A DNA stretch of 64,000 nucleotides, from positions 45,074,001-45,138,000 of the forward strand of contig NC_073391.1 of assembly GCF_028641065.1 (NCBI RefSeq), in the 5' to 3' direction. The position numbers and the translations under genes are program-made. Positions within the stretch are counted from its first letter, which is position 1; every line of letters starts with the position of its first letter. This DNA is from Leucoraja erinacea (lineage: Eukaryota). The notes under the pieces are model-generated. The model ran no database searches. It saw only the letters and a list, made by a program, of their open reading frames with translations, and was not told the DNA's origin. Positions 24,640-37,174 of this stretch are shown in pieces.

Positions 24640-26690
24640 CTTATGTCAGAGCATTGGAAGGAGATAGAGAACGCAGTAACATGGTGTCACGCCAATAACC
24701 TCCTCCTCAATGTCAGCAAGATGGAGAAGCTAGGTATCCATTTCAGGAAGCTTGGGTGAGTACATGCCCAAATCAGCATGAATAGTGCTGAAGGGGAAAT
24801 AGTTTATACCTTCAAGTTCTTTGGCGTAACTATCAGCAACAATTTGTCATGGACCAACCAAATTGATGTGGCAGTGAAGAAGGCACACCACCTTCTTCCC
24901 GAAGAGCATAAGGAAATTCTGCATGTCTGATAGAGTCATAGAGTCATAGTCATAGAGTCATAGAGTGATACAGCATTGAAACATGCCCAACGTGCCCACA
25001 CAAGCCATCCTGTACCAGCTACGCTTGTCCCACCTGTCTGCGTTTGGTCCATATCCGTCCAAATCTGTCCTATCCATGTACCTGTCTAACTGTTTCTGAA
25101 ACGTTGAGATAGTCCCAGCCTCAACTACTCCCTCTGACAGCTTGTTCTATACACTCACCACCCTTTGTGTGAATAAGCTATCCCTCGTGTTCCTAATTAA
25201 ATCTTTCCCCCGTCACCTTAAAGCTACGTCTTCTGGTCCGTGATTCCCCTACTCTGGGCAAGAGACTTTGTGCATCTACCTGATCTATTCCTCCCATTTT
25301 ATACATTTCTCTAAGATCACCACCATACCCCTGCGCTCCAAGGAATAGAGAATACAATGAACATCAATTATTTAGTTAAAAGGATTCAAAGTAACATTAG
25401 CAAATTTGCAGATGACACAAAGCTGGGTGGCAGTGTGAACTAAGAGGAGGATGCTATGAGAATGCAGGGTGACTTGGACAGGTTGTGTGAGTGGGCAGGC
25501 ACATGGTAGATGCAGTTTAATGTGGATACATGTGAAGTTACCCACTTTGGTAGCAAAAACAGGAAGGCAGATTATTATCTAAATGTTGTCATGTTGGGAA
25601 AAGAGGAAGTACAACGGGATCTGGGGGTCCTTGTTCATCAGTCAATGAAGTCAACAAGAGGAGTTGAGTATAGGAGCAAAGAGTTTATTAAATGTTTGGA
25701 CACGCTAGAGGCAGGAAACATGTTCCCGATGTTGGGGGGAGTCCATTAAGTATAAGGGGTAGACCATTTAGAACCGAGATGTGGAAACACTTTTTCACAG
25801 AGATTTGTGAGTGTAGAATTCTCTGCCTCAGACGGCGTTGGAGGCCGGTTCTCTGGATACTTTTAAGAGAGAGCTTGATAAGGCCCTTAAAGATAGCGGT
25901 CAGGTGATGTGGGGAGAAGGCAAGAACTGGGTACTGGTCGTGGATGATGAGCCATGATCACATTGAATTACGGTGCTGGCTCGAAGGGCCGAATGGCCTA
26001 CTCCTGTATCTACTGTCTATTGTCTATAGAGTCCCAGCTGACTCAACCTCTCCCTATAACTCAGACCCTCTAGCCCTGGCAACATCATCGTAAATCTTCT
26101 CTGTACCCTTTCCAGCTTGACAACATTGTTCCTATGACATCTCCAATGACTCTTTCAAACCTTTACAGAAGAACATTAAAAAGCATGCTGTCGCGTTGCA
26201 TCGCTGTTTGATTTGGGGAACAACTCTGCCCGAGACGGTAAAAACATGGAGAGCGTTGCTTAAACCATCACACAGACCAGTTGTCCCACGATTGAGTCCA
26301 TCAACACATCACGCTGGCCTGGAAAAGCATCCAACATAAACAAAGACTTGTCCCAACCCGGTCATTCCCTCTTCTCACTGCTGCCATCGAGCAAACGGTA
26401 CCAATACTTAAAAGTACTCACCACTAGACGCGGGAACAGTTTGTTATCAGGCTCCAGAAAAATCCTTTGTGTACAAATACATAGTATTTGTGTACGGAAC
26501 TAATGCGCTACAATGCTGAGGACTACTTTCTGCTCTCTTTTGCTCTATCTGTTCTACTTGAATTTGACTTGAATGTATTTATGTATAGTATATCTGATGT
26601 GTTTAGATATCATACCAAACAAAGCTTTTCACGGCACCTCTGCACATGTGAAAATAATAAACTTAAACCTGAACCTGACACCAATTTACC
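24640..26690 (+). mobile_element. Old L2/Rex-like LINE interrupted by CR1 fragments (minus ~24930-25350, plus ~25375-26027)
   Basis: NNLLLNVSK..., FKFFG..., LLPSSKRY remnants; AATAAA plus (CCTGAA) tail; nested CR1 KFADDTK. Confidence 0.65.
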
Positions 26691-26709
26691 AAGAATCGCA
26701 TCCAATCCC

Positions 26710-27272
26710 GGATAGACTCGGCTTGTACTCGCTAGAATTTAGAAGATTGAGGGGGGATCTTATAGAAACTTACAAAATGATTGATGGTTTAAGAAGGAAC
26801 TGCAGATGCTGGAGAATCGAAGGTTACACAAAAAAGCTGGAGAAACTCAGCGGGTGCAGCAGCATCTATGGAGCGAAGGAAATAGGCAGCGTTTCGGGCC
26901 GAAACCCTTCGGGGTTGGACAAGCTAGATGCAGGAAGATTATTCCCGATGTTGGGGAAGTCCAGAACAAGGGGTCACAGTTTAAGGATAAGGGGGAAGTA
27001 TTTTAGGACCGAGATGAGAAAATCATTTTTTACACAGTGAGTGGTGAATCTGTGGAATTCTCTGCCACAGAAGGTAGTTGAAGCCAGTTCATTGGCTATA
27101 TTTAAGAGGGAGTTAGATGTGGCCCTTGTGGCTAAAGGGATCAGGGGATATGGAGAGAAGGCAGGTACAGGATACTGAGTTGGATGATCAGCCATGATCA
27201 CATTGAATGGCGGTGCAGGCTCGAAGGGCCGAATGGCCTACTCTTGCACCTATTTTCTATGTTTCTATGTTT
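26710..27272 (+). mobile_element. CR1 3' fragment with an internal Penelope-type insertion (minus, ~26787-26910)
   Basis: CR1 frame ...IETYK| |GLDKLDAG split by gaaggaactgcagatgctgg...gaaacccttc. Confidence 0.8.
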
Positions 27273-27863
27273 CCAATCCTATATATTAGTTATAGATTCA
27301 AAGATGATAATTAACGTTCGTTCTCTAAAGCAAAAATAGCCAATTATGTTGCATCACCATCGATAGCAGTTACGTTGCTTGAACAAATAAGTTCATGCAT
27401 CCGACATGTTGTTTATTTGCCGATTCACGCCAGAACATCGAATGTTTCTAAACGGATTCACTCCGTCCGCCAATGGTTGTAATTTATTTTCCCTATCTCC
27501 ATATAAACTAGACTAAGCCAAGAAACAAATATTAGAATACAATTCAATTAATTATTATGGAATGCTATGAACACGCACTGACGCCGTATATCAGTGCCAC
27601 TGGCCCAGTAATCCACCTCGCCACTTCCCCCTGGTGGTTAAAGTTGGAATTCATTCCAAATGATACGATGACTGCGTCAGAACCGGGTGAAGGGTGGGTA
27701 AGGATATTAAATAGGTATATCTCTGTCAATCTTTCTTTTTATTTCCTTTCTTTTTCTCTATTTCTTTTTTTTTTTCCTTCTCTTTTTTCCTTTCCATCTC
27801 TTTCTGCCTTTTCTCCGGGCTTTCTTTACTATCTCACGAACTAACACTATCATCACTGATTAT

Positions 27864-27992
27864 CAGTCTGAAGAAGGGTTTCGGCCCGAAACGTCGCCTA
27901 TTTCCTTCGCTCCATAGATGCTGCTGCGCCCGCTGAGTTTCTCCAGCATTTTTGTGTACCTTCGATCTTCCAGCATCTGCAGTTCCTACTTG
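27864..27992 (+). mobile_element. Penelope-type short repeat with minimal hammerhead-like motif and a perfect 12-bp TSD
   Basis: ATCACTGATTAT at 27852 and 27993; CTGAAGA-A-GGGT(TTCG)GCCC-GAAA-CGTC at 27868-27895. Confidence 0.75.
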
Positions 27993-28319
27993 ATCACTGA
28001 TTATGAGACTCTTTTCCTCTCTATCTTTGCTTGTCTAATTTTCTGTTCTATTTATTCTGTTAAATTTGAAACAAGAAGTTGTACATGAACTGTAATATCT
28101 CATTATGTATTAGGTACTTATGTACTACATTATTGTACTTACTTCTAATTTTTTTTTAAATCTATCGCAAACGCACTTTGAATCTTTGGAATTCTTTACC
28201 CAAGGCCGCTGTGGAAGTCCAGCCCTGACGTTCACTCAATACCGATCAAGCGTGTTCGTGGCATTAAATTGCCCAAAGTGGAGATATTGGTGGGAAACGA
28301 CGCTGAGATTGAGGTTTTT

Positions 28320-28351
28320 AGGTTAGTTTAGTTTAGTTTAGTTGACATTAG

Positions 28352-28383
<32 letters not shown>

Positions 28384-29429
28384 TCACGTGTACCTGGGAG
28401 GCGAATTCCGTAGGCCAATCGAATCCTGATATCAGAGATACGAGGAACTGCAAATGCTGGGATCTTGATCTAAGCACAAAGTGCTGGAGAAACTCAGCGG
28501 CCAGGTCGCACCTATGGAGAGAATGGATAGGCGACGGTAAAATATTGCCCCGCATAGCGAGTGCTGGGTGCCTGGAATGGTGGTGGAGGCTGGTATAATC
28601 GTGGCATGCAAGAGGCTTTTAGGTAGGCTCAAGAAATGGAAGGATATGTGCAGGTAGAAAATGTTAGCTTTCGGGTTTGGGGCTTATTATTGTCGCATGT
28701 AGAGTGAAAAGCTTTATTTTTGTATATCTTCAATCAGATCAGATAATACTAAAGTCAAACTCAAGGTCACTAGGTAGAGCGAAGGGGAAGATACAGAATG
28801 CAGAATATATTTATCAGCATTGTAGCGCATCGGGTTCATAGACAAAATTCCAATATCCAAAAGGGGTAGAGGTGAATCTGACAGAACTCCTACTTATGAA
28901 AGCACCATTCAGGAGAAACCGATCCCGAGTGAGATGGTGCGCGCTTTTGAGCTCCTGTGACGTCTGGAGCAAGGACATGAAATAATGATCGGAGTGGGAC
29001 AACTCTTTGATTGTGTTGGCTGCTTTTCTGAGGCAGCGTGATGTGTAGATGGGGTCAATGGTGGGAATTTGGGTCAGTGATGGACTGCGCTATATCTACA
29101 GTTCTCTATAATTCATTGAGGTCGTAGGCAGAGCTCTTCCCAAACCAATCTGCAACGCAGCCCGACAAATATGCTTCCTATGGTGCATCTGTAAACGTGT
29201 GTAAGAGTCGTTGTGGATATGCTGACTTTCCCCAGTCTCCTCGGGAAGCGAGGTTAGCTGCGCCTTCTTGGTTGTTGCATCAATATGGTTGGTCGATGGT
29301 AAAATTAACACAACCGAACTTGAAACTCTCACTTTGGCACCATTGGTGCTGATTGGGGCATACGCTCCACCAGGCCTCCTTATGTGGGTAACTAACTGCT
29401 TCGTCTTGCTGACGTCGAGATATTGGTAA
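28320..29429 (-). mobile_element. L2/Rex-like LINE 3' part, with nested fragments
   Basis: DVSKTKQLV...HIDATTKKAQ remnants; (AAACT)n tail. Confidence 0.6.
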
Positions 29430-29464
29430 TGCCCCTGTCCCACGTATGAAACGTGAACGGAAAC

Positions 29465-30354
29465 CCATAGCTCCCCCTTCAACATAATACTCCAATCCAA
29501 ACTGATCTCCAATCACGTGGATCCAAGGTCAACAGTCCCACCTGCCATTGGATTTTCGATCTTCTGACTCACTGATCACATCAGTGAGGGTAGATGTCAA
29601 ATCTCCTCCACGCCGATGGCTCGCAGGGATGCGTTCTCCGTCCCCTGTTACGCTCCCTATATACTCACTACTCTACGGTCAAATTCCCCTCCAGCTCCAC
29701 GTATAAAATTGCAGACGACAACACTGTGTTGGGCCATATCACGAGAATGACGAGACGGTGTACAAGGAGAGTGAAAACTTAGTATCAGGACAATAATGCC
29801 CCTGTCCCACTTAGAAAACCCGAACAGAAACCTCTGGAGACTTTGCGCCCCACCCAAGGTTTCCGTGCGGTTCCCGGAGGTTTTTGTCAGTCTCCCTACC
29901 TGTTTCCACTACCTGCAAACTCCGGGAACCGCCTGCAACCTCCGGGAACCGCACGGAAACCTTGGATGGGGCGCAAAGTCTCCAGAGGTTTCTGTTCGGG
30001 TTTTCTAAGTGGGACAGGGGCATTATTGTCCTGATACTAAGTTTTCACTCTCCTTGTACACCATCCTGTCATTCTCGTGATATGGCCCAACACAGTGTTG
30101 TCGTCTGCAATTTTATACGTGGAGCTAGAGGGGAATTTGACCGTAGAGTAGTGAGTATATAGGGAGCGTAACAGGGGACGGAGAATGAATCCCTGCGAGG
30201 CATCTGCGTGGAGGAGATTTGACATCTACCCTCATTGATGTGATCAGTGAGTCAGAAGATCGAAAATCCAATGGCAGGTGGGACTGTTGACCTTCGATCC
30301 ACGTGATTGGAGATCAGTTTGGATTGGAGTATTACGTTGAAGGGGGAGCTATGG
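29465..30354. repeat. 890-bp palindrome: 332-bp inverted arms of LINE sequence around a MITE
   Basis: 29465-29796 is the reverse complement of 30023-30354, with scattered substitutions. Confidence 0.92.
29797..30022. mobile_element. Palindromic Harbinger-like MITE (same family as 18780)
   Basis: TIR TGCCCCTGTCCCACTTAGAAAACC. Confidence 0.85.
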
Positions 30355-30559
30355 AGATAAATAGGCATCTCTCGGAGCCCTTGTCGTCTAGATGTTCTAG
30401 AATTGAGCTTAGGGTCAGGGAGATGGCGTCTGCTGTGGATCTGTCCACATGACCGCGTGGCTTCATGTTCGTCATGGATATTATGAGCCGAATGGACTGT
30501 TCCTGTGCTATGTTCTATGTTCCATATTATATGTACGATATACATATAGACAAGGGACA

Positions 30560-31012
30560 GAATTTGGGCAGTGGGCAGGTGCTATAGACCTGCACGGGAA
30601 GGTAGTCGCTCCAGCCCCCATAGGTCTCGGGCAGATGGGGCTCGTCAGTCTGGGAAGGCAGTCCATCTAGGAGAGGGAAAACTCTGATTTAAAACCTCCA
30701 CTGCCGTGGCCATATCCAGTCATGGAAAAGGCTCCTGGAGTAAACCTCAAGAAAATCCGGAGTCGGAGCCCCCAAGGCAGTTCGTCGTTGTCTACAACCT
30801 CGCCCTGGCAGCTCCTGCTGCAGCGCTGGTGCCAAACTGTAACGGCCCTGCTGTTCCTTTGGGTCGATCTGCGACGTGGAGAGGGGGGACGTGCCACATG
30901 GGCAACAGCCTGTCCTCCATATGACATCGCCCAGCCTTGCATCCGACCACACATCACCTGCAAACTAGGATGCATCGCCCATGGTCAGTCATGACCGAAG
31001 GGGTCTACTACT
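30560..31012 (+). mobile_element. Non-autonomous RTE-like element with (CTA)n tail and 8-bp TSD
   Basis: AAGGGACA at 30552 and 31013; ctaggagagggaaaactctgatttaaaacctcc resembles RTE 5'UTRs (from recall, not searched). Confidence 0.55.
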
Positions 31013-31290
31013 AAGGGACATTCTCCTTATCTGAAGATGTGTTACTCAAATGTGTCCCCCGTTCTAAAGAACCAGAGCGAGAAATAACGTCATTGCTGAA
31101 ACTAATATGATAAATCCATGTGATCAAATTAACGGTGACGTAAAATAATTAGCATATTGACGCGTGGAACTGATCTTAATTGTGACGTTATCTCATTTTC
31201 TCTCTAGGGTTAATATCAAATATAACATGGATTCATATAAAAGTCAATTAGAACATCGGGAATGAATGCTAGTCACGACGTCTCTGAAGC

Positions 31291-31353
31291 ATGCATGTCC
31301 CTCCCACAGGTCTGGCATACGCCATCTACTACACCTCACTACTTATTTTCTAA
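31291..31353 (+). pseudogene. Decayed exon 1 of GPCR gene 4 (MHVPPTGLAYAIYYTSL, then LIF-stop; no splice donor)
   Basis: First 17 codons match exon 1 of genes 5-8; similarity ends after TSL, TAA at 31351, and the CCAG|GT donor is missing. Confidence 0.75.
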
Positions 31354-31749
31354 TATCTTTACTGTCCGGTATTACAGTGAGCTGAACGTGAGGCTACAAT
31401 AGGGAAAACCTTCGCCTGCATCACATCGGGAATAATGTGTTCAGCTCCAAGCATCGCTGTTCTTGAAGTATGTATTTCAGTAAACAAAGCATGCATTTCT
31501 TCGGAGAATATACTGAGTGCTGGAGTAACTGAGCGGATCAGACAGCATCTCCGGGGCGCATGGATAGCCGACGTTTCGGGTCAGGGCGCTTCTTGTGTTC
31601 AGGGAAATGTGTTGGTCTAGATGCATAGAACATGAAAACGGTCACGAGTAGTAAAATATTTGGTACGTTTATATAGGTTAAACAGGCAGCGTTGGAATGA
31701 TGGCTACAGTGACATCTACGGCGCTCCGTGCCAGTCCCCTCTTTTGGTG

Positions 31750-32842
31750 GCATATATTAAAGATTGTTAAGGGCTTGGACACGCAAGAGGCAGGAAACAT
31801 GTTCTCGATGTTGGGGGAGTCCAGAACCAGGGGCCACAGTTTAAGAATAAGGAGTAAACCATTTAGAACGGAGACGAGGAAACACTTTTTCTCACAGAAA
31901 GTGGTGAGTCTGTGGAATGCTCTGCCTCAGGAGGCAGGTTCGCTGGATGCTTTCAAGATAGAGCTAGATAGGGCCATTAAAAATAGCGGAATCAGGGGAA
32001 ATGGGGAGAAGGCAGGAACGGGGTACTGATTGGGACTGATCAGCCATGATCACATTGAAGGGCGGTGCTGGCTCGAAGGGCCAAATGGCCTACTCCTGCA
32101 CCTATTGTATATTATCTATTGTCTATTGTCTATTTGTCCTCAAACCAAATGAGTTGGCCTCAAAGCAAATTACTTGTCCTTCAGCCAAGAGATCTATTAG
32201 GAATGTTACATTTAAAACTACAATTGGCAATGTTCTCTGAAGTGCGGAAAAGAGTTTCAAGACGTAGAATCCATAAAACAATGTCAAAGAGACAAATAGT
32301 ATGCACGCGGATAGATTTAAAGTTATGCATCTGGAAAGGACTAAACAGGTGTGGATGCGTGAATGTAAAATGCGGAGAAACGTACAGGAAGAGGTAAACT
32401 CAATTCACAGAAACATAGAAACATAGAAAATAGGAACAGGAGTAGGCCATTCGGCCCTTCGAGCCTGCACCGCCATTCAATATGATCATGGCTGTTCATC
32501 CAAATCAATATCCCATACCTGCCTTCTCTCCATACCCCCTGATCCCTTTAGCCACAAGGGCCACATCTAACTCTCTCTTAAATATAGCCAATGAACTGGC
32601 CTCAACTACCTTATGTGGCAGAGAATTCCAGAGATTCGCCACTCTCTGTGTAAAACATGTTTTCTCAACTCGGTCCTAAAATACTTCCCTCTTATCCTTA
32701 AACTGTGGCCCCTTGTTCTGGACTTCCCCGACACCGGGAATAATCTTTCTGCGTCTAGCCTGTCCAATCCCTTAAGAATTTTGTGAGTTTCTATAAGACC
32801 CCCGCCCCCCCCCCCCCCCCCTCTCATCTTCTAAATTCCAGT
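31750..32842. mobile_element. Two CR1 3' fragments (plus ~31750-32135; minus ~32410-32842)
   Basis: RTRGHSLRIR ORFs and tails. Confidence 0.85.
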
Positions 32843-33360
32843 GTGTTCGGAAGATTCGGAAGATTCCCGACTATTGCAAGACCAGTATCGTTCAGAAAGA
32901 GAAGATGGTATTTCCCTTTAATGACCGATGCACAGAATGAACGAGCGAAGAGGTCGTTGTAGAAGTGTATAACACGGCAGTTGGAATTCAGAGTCTATTT
33001 TTAAGGGTTACGGGGTGGGTGCATGGGCATGTATCTTTCAAAGCGATAGAGTGAGTATTTCGAGAAAGCCGTAGTAAAGCACACAGCATACTGTGTAAAG
33101 CACACAGGGTGAATAAGGAAATGGCGGGCATGAACAAGGAAATCACTACGCATTCCGCAGCCACTTGAGTATTGTGGCCGAATATTAAAGATATGAAGGT
33201 CCGCGGTTAGACAAATACGACATTGATGAACCGATTCGAGGAGTGGGGGACTTCAACTGTGTGGCTTTACCGAATGCTCCGTCTCTATGATTTCAAATCT
33301 GTTACATTCTGTAGTCGATTTTGCATCGCAGAAATCTCACACAATTCTTGGGTCGGTATA

Positions 33361-33940
33361 NNNNNNNNNNNNNNNNNNNNNNNNNNNNNNNNNNNNNNNN
33401 NNNNNNNNNNNNNNNNNNNNNNNNNNNNNNNNNNNNNNNNNNNNNNNNNNNNNNNNNNNNNNNNNNNNNNNNNNNNNNNNNNNNNNNNNNNNNNNNNNNN
33501 NNNNNNNNNNNNNNNNNNNNNNNNNNNNNNNNNNNNNNNNNNNNNNNNNNNNNNNNNNNNNNNNNNNNNNNNNNNNNNNNNNNNNNNNNNNNNNNNNNNN
33601 NNNNNNNNNNNNNNNNNNNNNNNNNNNNNNNNNNNNNNNNNNNNNNNNNNNNNNNNNNNNNNNNNNNNNNNNNNNNNNNNNNNNNNNNNNNNNNNNNNNN
33701 NNNNNNNNNNNNNNNNNNNNNNNNNNNNNNNNNNNNNNNNNNNNNNNNNNNNNNNNNNNNNNNNNNNNNNNNNNNNNNNNNNNNNNNNNNNNNNNNNNNN
33801 NNNNNNNNNNNNNNNNNNNNNNNNNNNNNNNNNNNNNNNNNNNNNNNNNNNNNNNNNNNNNNNNNNNNNNNNNNNNNNNNNNNNNNNNNNNNNNNNNNNN
33901 NNNNNNNNNNNNNNNNNNNNNNNNNNNNNNNNNNNNNNNN
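33361..33940. other. Assembly gap (others at 48527-48725, 48829-49075, 51611-51799, 54637-54972, 61621-61913)
   Basis: Runs of N. Confidence 0.99.
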
Positions 33941-34068
33941 ACAATTAATTTATAACATTCAACATTAATATTATATAGCAGAAGGGCTTCACAATGTTAT
34001 AATAGGATTGGCCAATGCACCACCTCTGTTGGACCTCTCTTTGAAACTTCGCATTTTCTCTCTTTCAG

Positions 34069-35057
34069 TTAATTTGCTGGCGATTGTAATCCTGGCCCGA
34101 GGGAAGTGTGGTCTCTCCAGATGCATCACTCGGTACCTGGTGTCCATGGCGGCGACCGATCTCCTTGTCATTATCACCGCAGTGATATTAAACCGGATCA
34201 GTGGCATTTATTTCCCAGGCAGTTTACTGAACATCACCCCAGTGTGTAGTCTCAGCGCTGCGGTCACTTTCGCAGCCAGAGTTTGCTCCGTCTGGTTAAC
34301 CGTCTCGTTTACCTTTGATCGGTTTTTAGCCATTTGCTGCCAGAAGCTGAAGGCAAAATATTGCACTGAGCGAACGGCGACTGTAGTGATAACAACGATT
34401 TGTGTGTTGAGTTGTGTAACCAATATCCATTGGTACTTTATACACGAGCCATTATATGTGGCTGACAACATCCCGTGGTTTTGCAAACTGAAAACAATTC
34501 GTAATACCTCACTGGTGTGGATTGCAATTATTTGGCTCGATCGCGTTCTGACACCGTGCCTCCCCTTCTTCCTGATTTTGCTGTTTAACGTGCTCACCAT
34601 GCGGCACATTCTAGCGGCCAGCAGAGCTCGCAGGAGACTGAGGGCCCTGAGCAATGGAGCGACTCAGAACGACCCAGAGATAGAGAATCGGAGAAAGTCC
34701 ATCGTCTTACTCTTTGCCATCTCGGGAAGCTTCATCCTGTTGTGGATGACGTATGTCGCACGCTTTCTGTATTTGCATATCACCAACGATTCCAATTTCA
34801 CCAACTCCAATGACCCCAGGTACATACTGCAGGAAGTTGCAAACATGCTTCAGCTTCTGAGTTCTTGCACGAATACCTTTATTTATGCGGCAATTCAACG
34901 AAAATTCAGAGAAGAATTAAAGAAAATAGTCACATATCCGCTCAATGGAATAGTTAAAAAAATTACAATTGCGGCAAATAGAAACATAGAAACATTAGAA
35001 AATAGGTGCAGGAGTAGGCCATTCGGCCCTTCGAGCCTGCACCGTCATTCAATATGA
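34069..35057 (+). CDS. GPR139-like GPCR gene 4, exon 2 (open frame; C-terminus reads into a LINE; possible pseudogene)
   Basis: Acceptor tctttcAG|TT AAT TTG; intact 7TM; last ~26 codons come from an antisense CR1 3' end starting ~34979. Confidence 0.8.
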
Positions 35058-35130
35058 TCATGGCTGATCATCCAACTCAGTATCCTGTACCTGCCTTTTC
35101 TCCATATCCCCTGATCCCTTTAGCCACAAG
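34979..35130 (-). mobile_element. CR1 3' end overlapping the gene 4 C-terminus
   Basis: gaaacatagaaacattagaaaataggtgcaggagtagg tail and UTR. Confidence 0.85.
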
Positions 35131-35960
35131 TCCCATAAGATCCCACAGCTGTATCTCAGCCCTCTCCTCCTACTGTAAGGCCGGCCCTCTGATGCGACTA
35201 GTAGAGCCGCTACCTCACAGCGCCCGAGACCCGGGTCCGATCCTGACATCGGATGCTTTCGGTGTGGAGTTTGCACGTTCTACTTGACACCGCATGGGTT
35301 TCCACACGCCCATCGCAAAGGCGTGCAGTTTTATAGGTAACTTGGCCTCTGTATATTCCACCTAGTGTGTAGGTAGTGGATGCGAAATTGGAATAATATG
35401 GAAGTGGTATGAACGGGTCGGCGTGCAGTCGGTGAGTCGGGCGCAGGCCTGTTTGTGTGGAGTAACTCTAATAGTAAAACCCAAGGAGATCATCCATTTG
35501 TCTCAAAGTATTTTTCTCCGCCGGATCTATCTGTTAGGGGTTCCGAAATATCCCCCTTCTCCAATTTATATCATTCAACGTCTACGACACGAGTGTTAGC
35601 AAATCCCGCGACCTTAACAATTTGGCACTGTGCTATTTGAATCGCTTGTTGCACAACGAAGCAACCTTGCTTAGAAATACGGGGATGGGAAAGTATGGGT
35701 AGTAAGGTTAATTTATCTACCAATTCCACTGGCTTGCGCTATCAATTAATGTCCAAGACACTCTACTATCATCTACCCCGTTCATTCTTTTGCTGGCTTC
35801 TAGCCATTCAGTCGGACATCAGCCAAGCCGAGTTTGAAACCAGTAACACTCTCTCAAGACTTCTGTAATAATCACATTAAAAATTAAGCTGTGTCTATCA
35901 AACATCAACGACAGTAAATGTAATTCAATGTGTTAATGTGATGCTTCAGGGTCCGTCGCT

Positions 35961-36530
35961 AACATAGAAACATAGAAACATGGAAAATAGGTGCAGAAGT
36001 AGGCCATTCGGCCCTTCGAGCCTGCAACGCCATTCAATATGATCATGGCTGATCACTCAACTCAGTATCCTGTACCTGCCACAAGGGCCACATCTAACTC
36101 CCTCTTAAATATAGCCTATGAACTGGCCTCAATAACATTCTGTGGCAGAGAATTCCAGAGATTCACCACTCTCTGTGTGAAAAATGTTTTTCTCATCTCG
36201 GTCCTAAAAGATTTCCCCCTTATCCTTAAAATGTGACCCCTTGTTCTGGACTTCCCCAACATCGGGAACAATCTTCCTGCATCTAGCCTGTCCATCCCCT
36301 TAAGAATGTTTCAAGTTTCTATAAGATTCCCCCCTCAATCTTCTAAATTCTAGCGAGTACAAGGCGAGTCTATCCAGTCGTTTTTTCATATGAACTTCCT
36401 GACATCCCAGGAATCAGTCTGGTGAACCTTTTCTGTACTGCCTCTATGGCAAGAATGTCTTTCCTCGGATTAGGAGACCAAAACTGTACGCAATACTCCA
36501 GTTGTGGTCTCAGCAAGACCCTGTACAACT
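35961..36530 (-). mobile_element. CR1 LINE 3' fragment
   Basis: Same family sequence as 3676-4206. Confidence 0.88.
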
Positions 36531-36786
36531 GACAACATAAGCGGAAATGTAATATAATTCATTTTTCTGCCTCCAACAAACGGCAATTGCAATCTGTTTG
36601 ACCAATTAAGATAACGTGTACGAATGATGATGCAATCGAGTTTGTTTTTTGAGTTCAGGCATTGGGTTGTGATGGCAATTAACAATGGTTTCATCACCCT
36701 CTCATTGTCTCCCGGGCCCAAACACGAGGTATATTAAAGCATTCGTCTAAAGTCAAACGGTAAAAACTCATCACTGATTGGCGACA

Positions 36787-36856
36787 ATGCATGTCCCGCC
36801 GACAGGGTTGCCCTACGCTATTTACTACACAATCCTCGCAGCTATCGCCGTTCCAG
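36787..36856 (+). pseudogene. GPR139-like GPCR gene 5, exon 1 (MHVPPTGLPYAIYYTILAAIAVP + 1 nt), itself intact
   Basis: 70-nt exon with donor CAG|GTAAAA. Confidence 0.85.
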
Positions 36857-37174
36857 GTAAAACAATCAGTCTTCTTCTTCTTCTTCTTCATGCGTATGGC
36901 GTGCACAGCCTAAAGTTGTAGATCATTGAAAGACATAAGGCCAGGACACGGTCAGGAAACAATGAGTTATCCATCATTTGCGAGTCGCTGTAAGCGGCGA
37001 CAGTTGGATGTCTGTCTCCCGTAAATCTTAATCAGAACCGTCTGCATTAGTTCAGGCGCCTCGGCCCAGCAAAGATGTTTTACAGCAGCGCAGTGCAAGT
37101 GCTTCGGACCAGCCATATGCCGGAAACAGGATGTATAACTCGTGAATGAAGCAGTGCAGCGTAGGTTCACGGGA

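Noticed and set aside
33223-33968. Long ORFs containing X runs (here and at other gaps)
   Set aside because: Artefacts of N gaps
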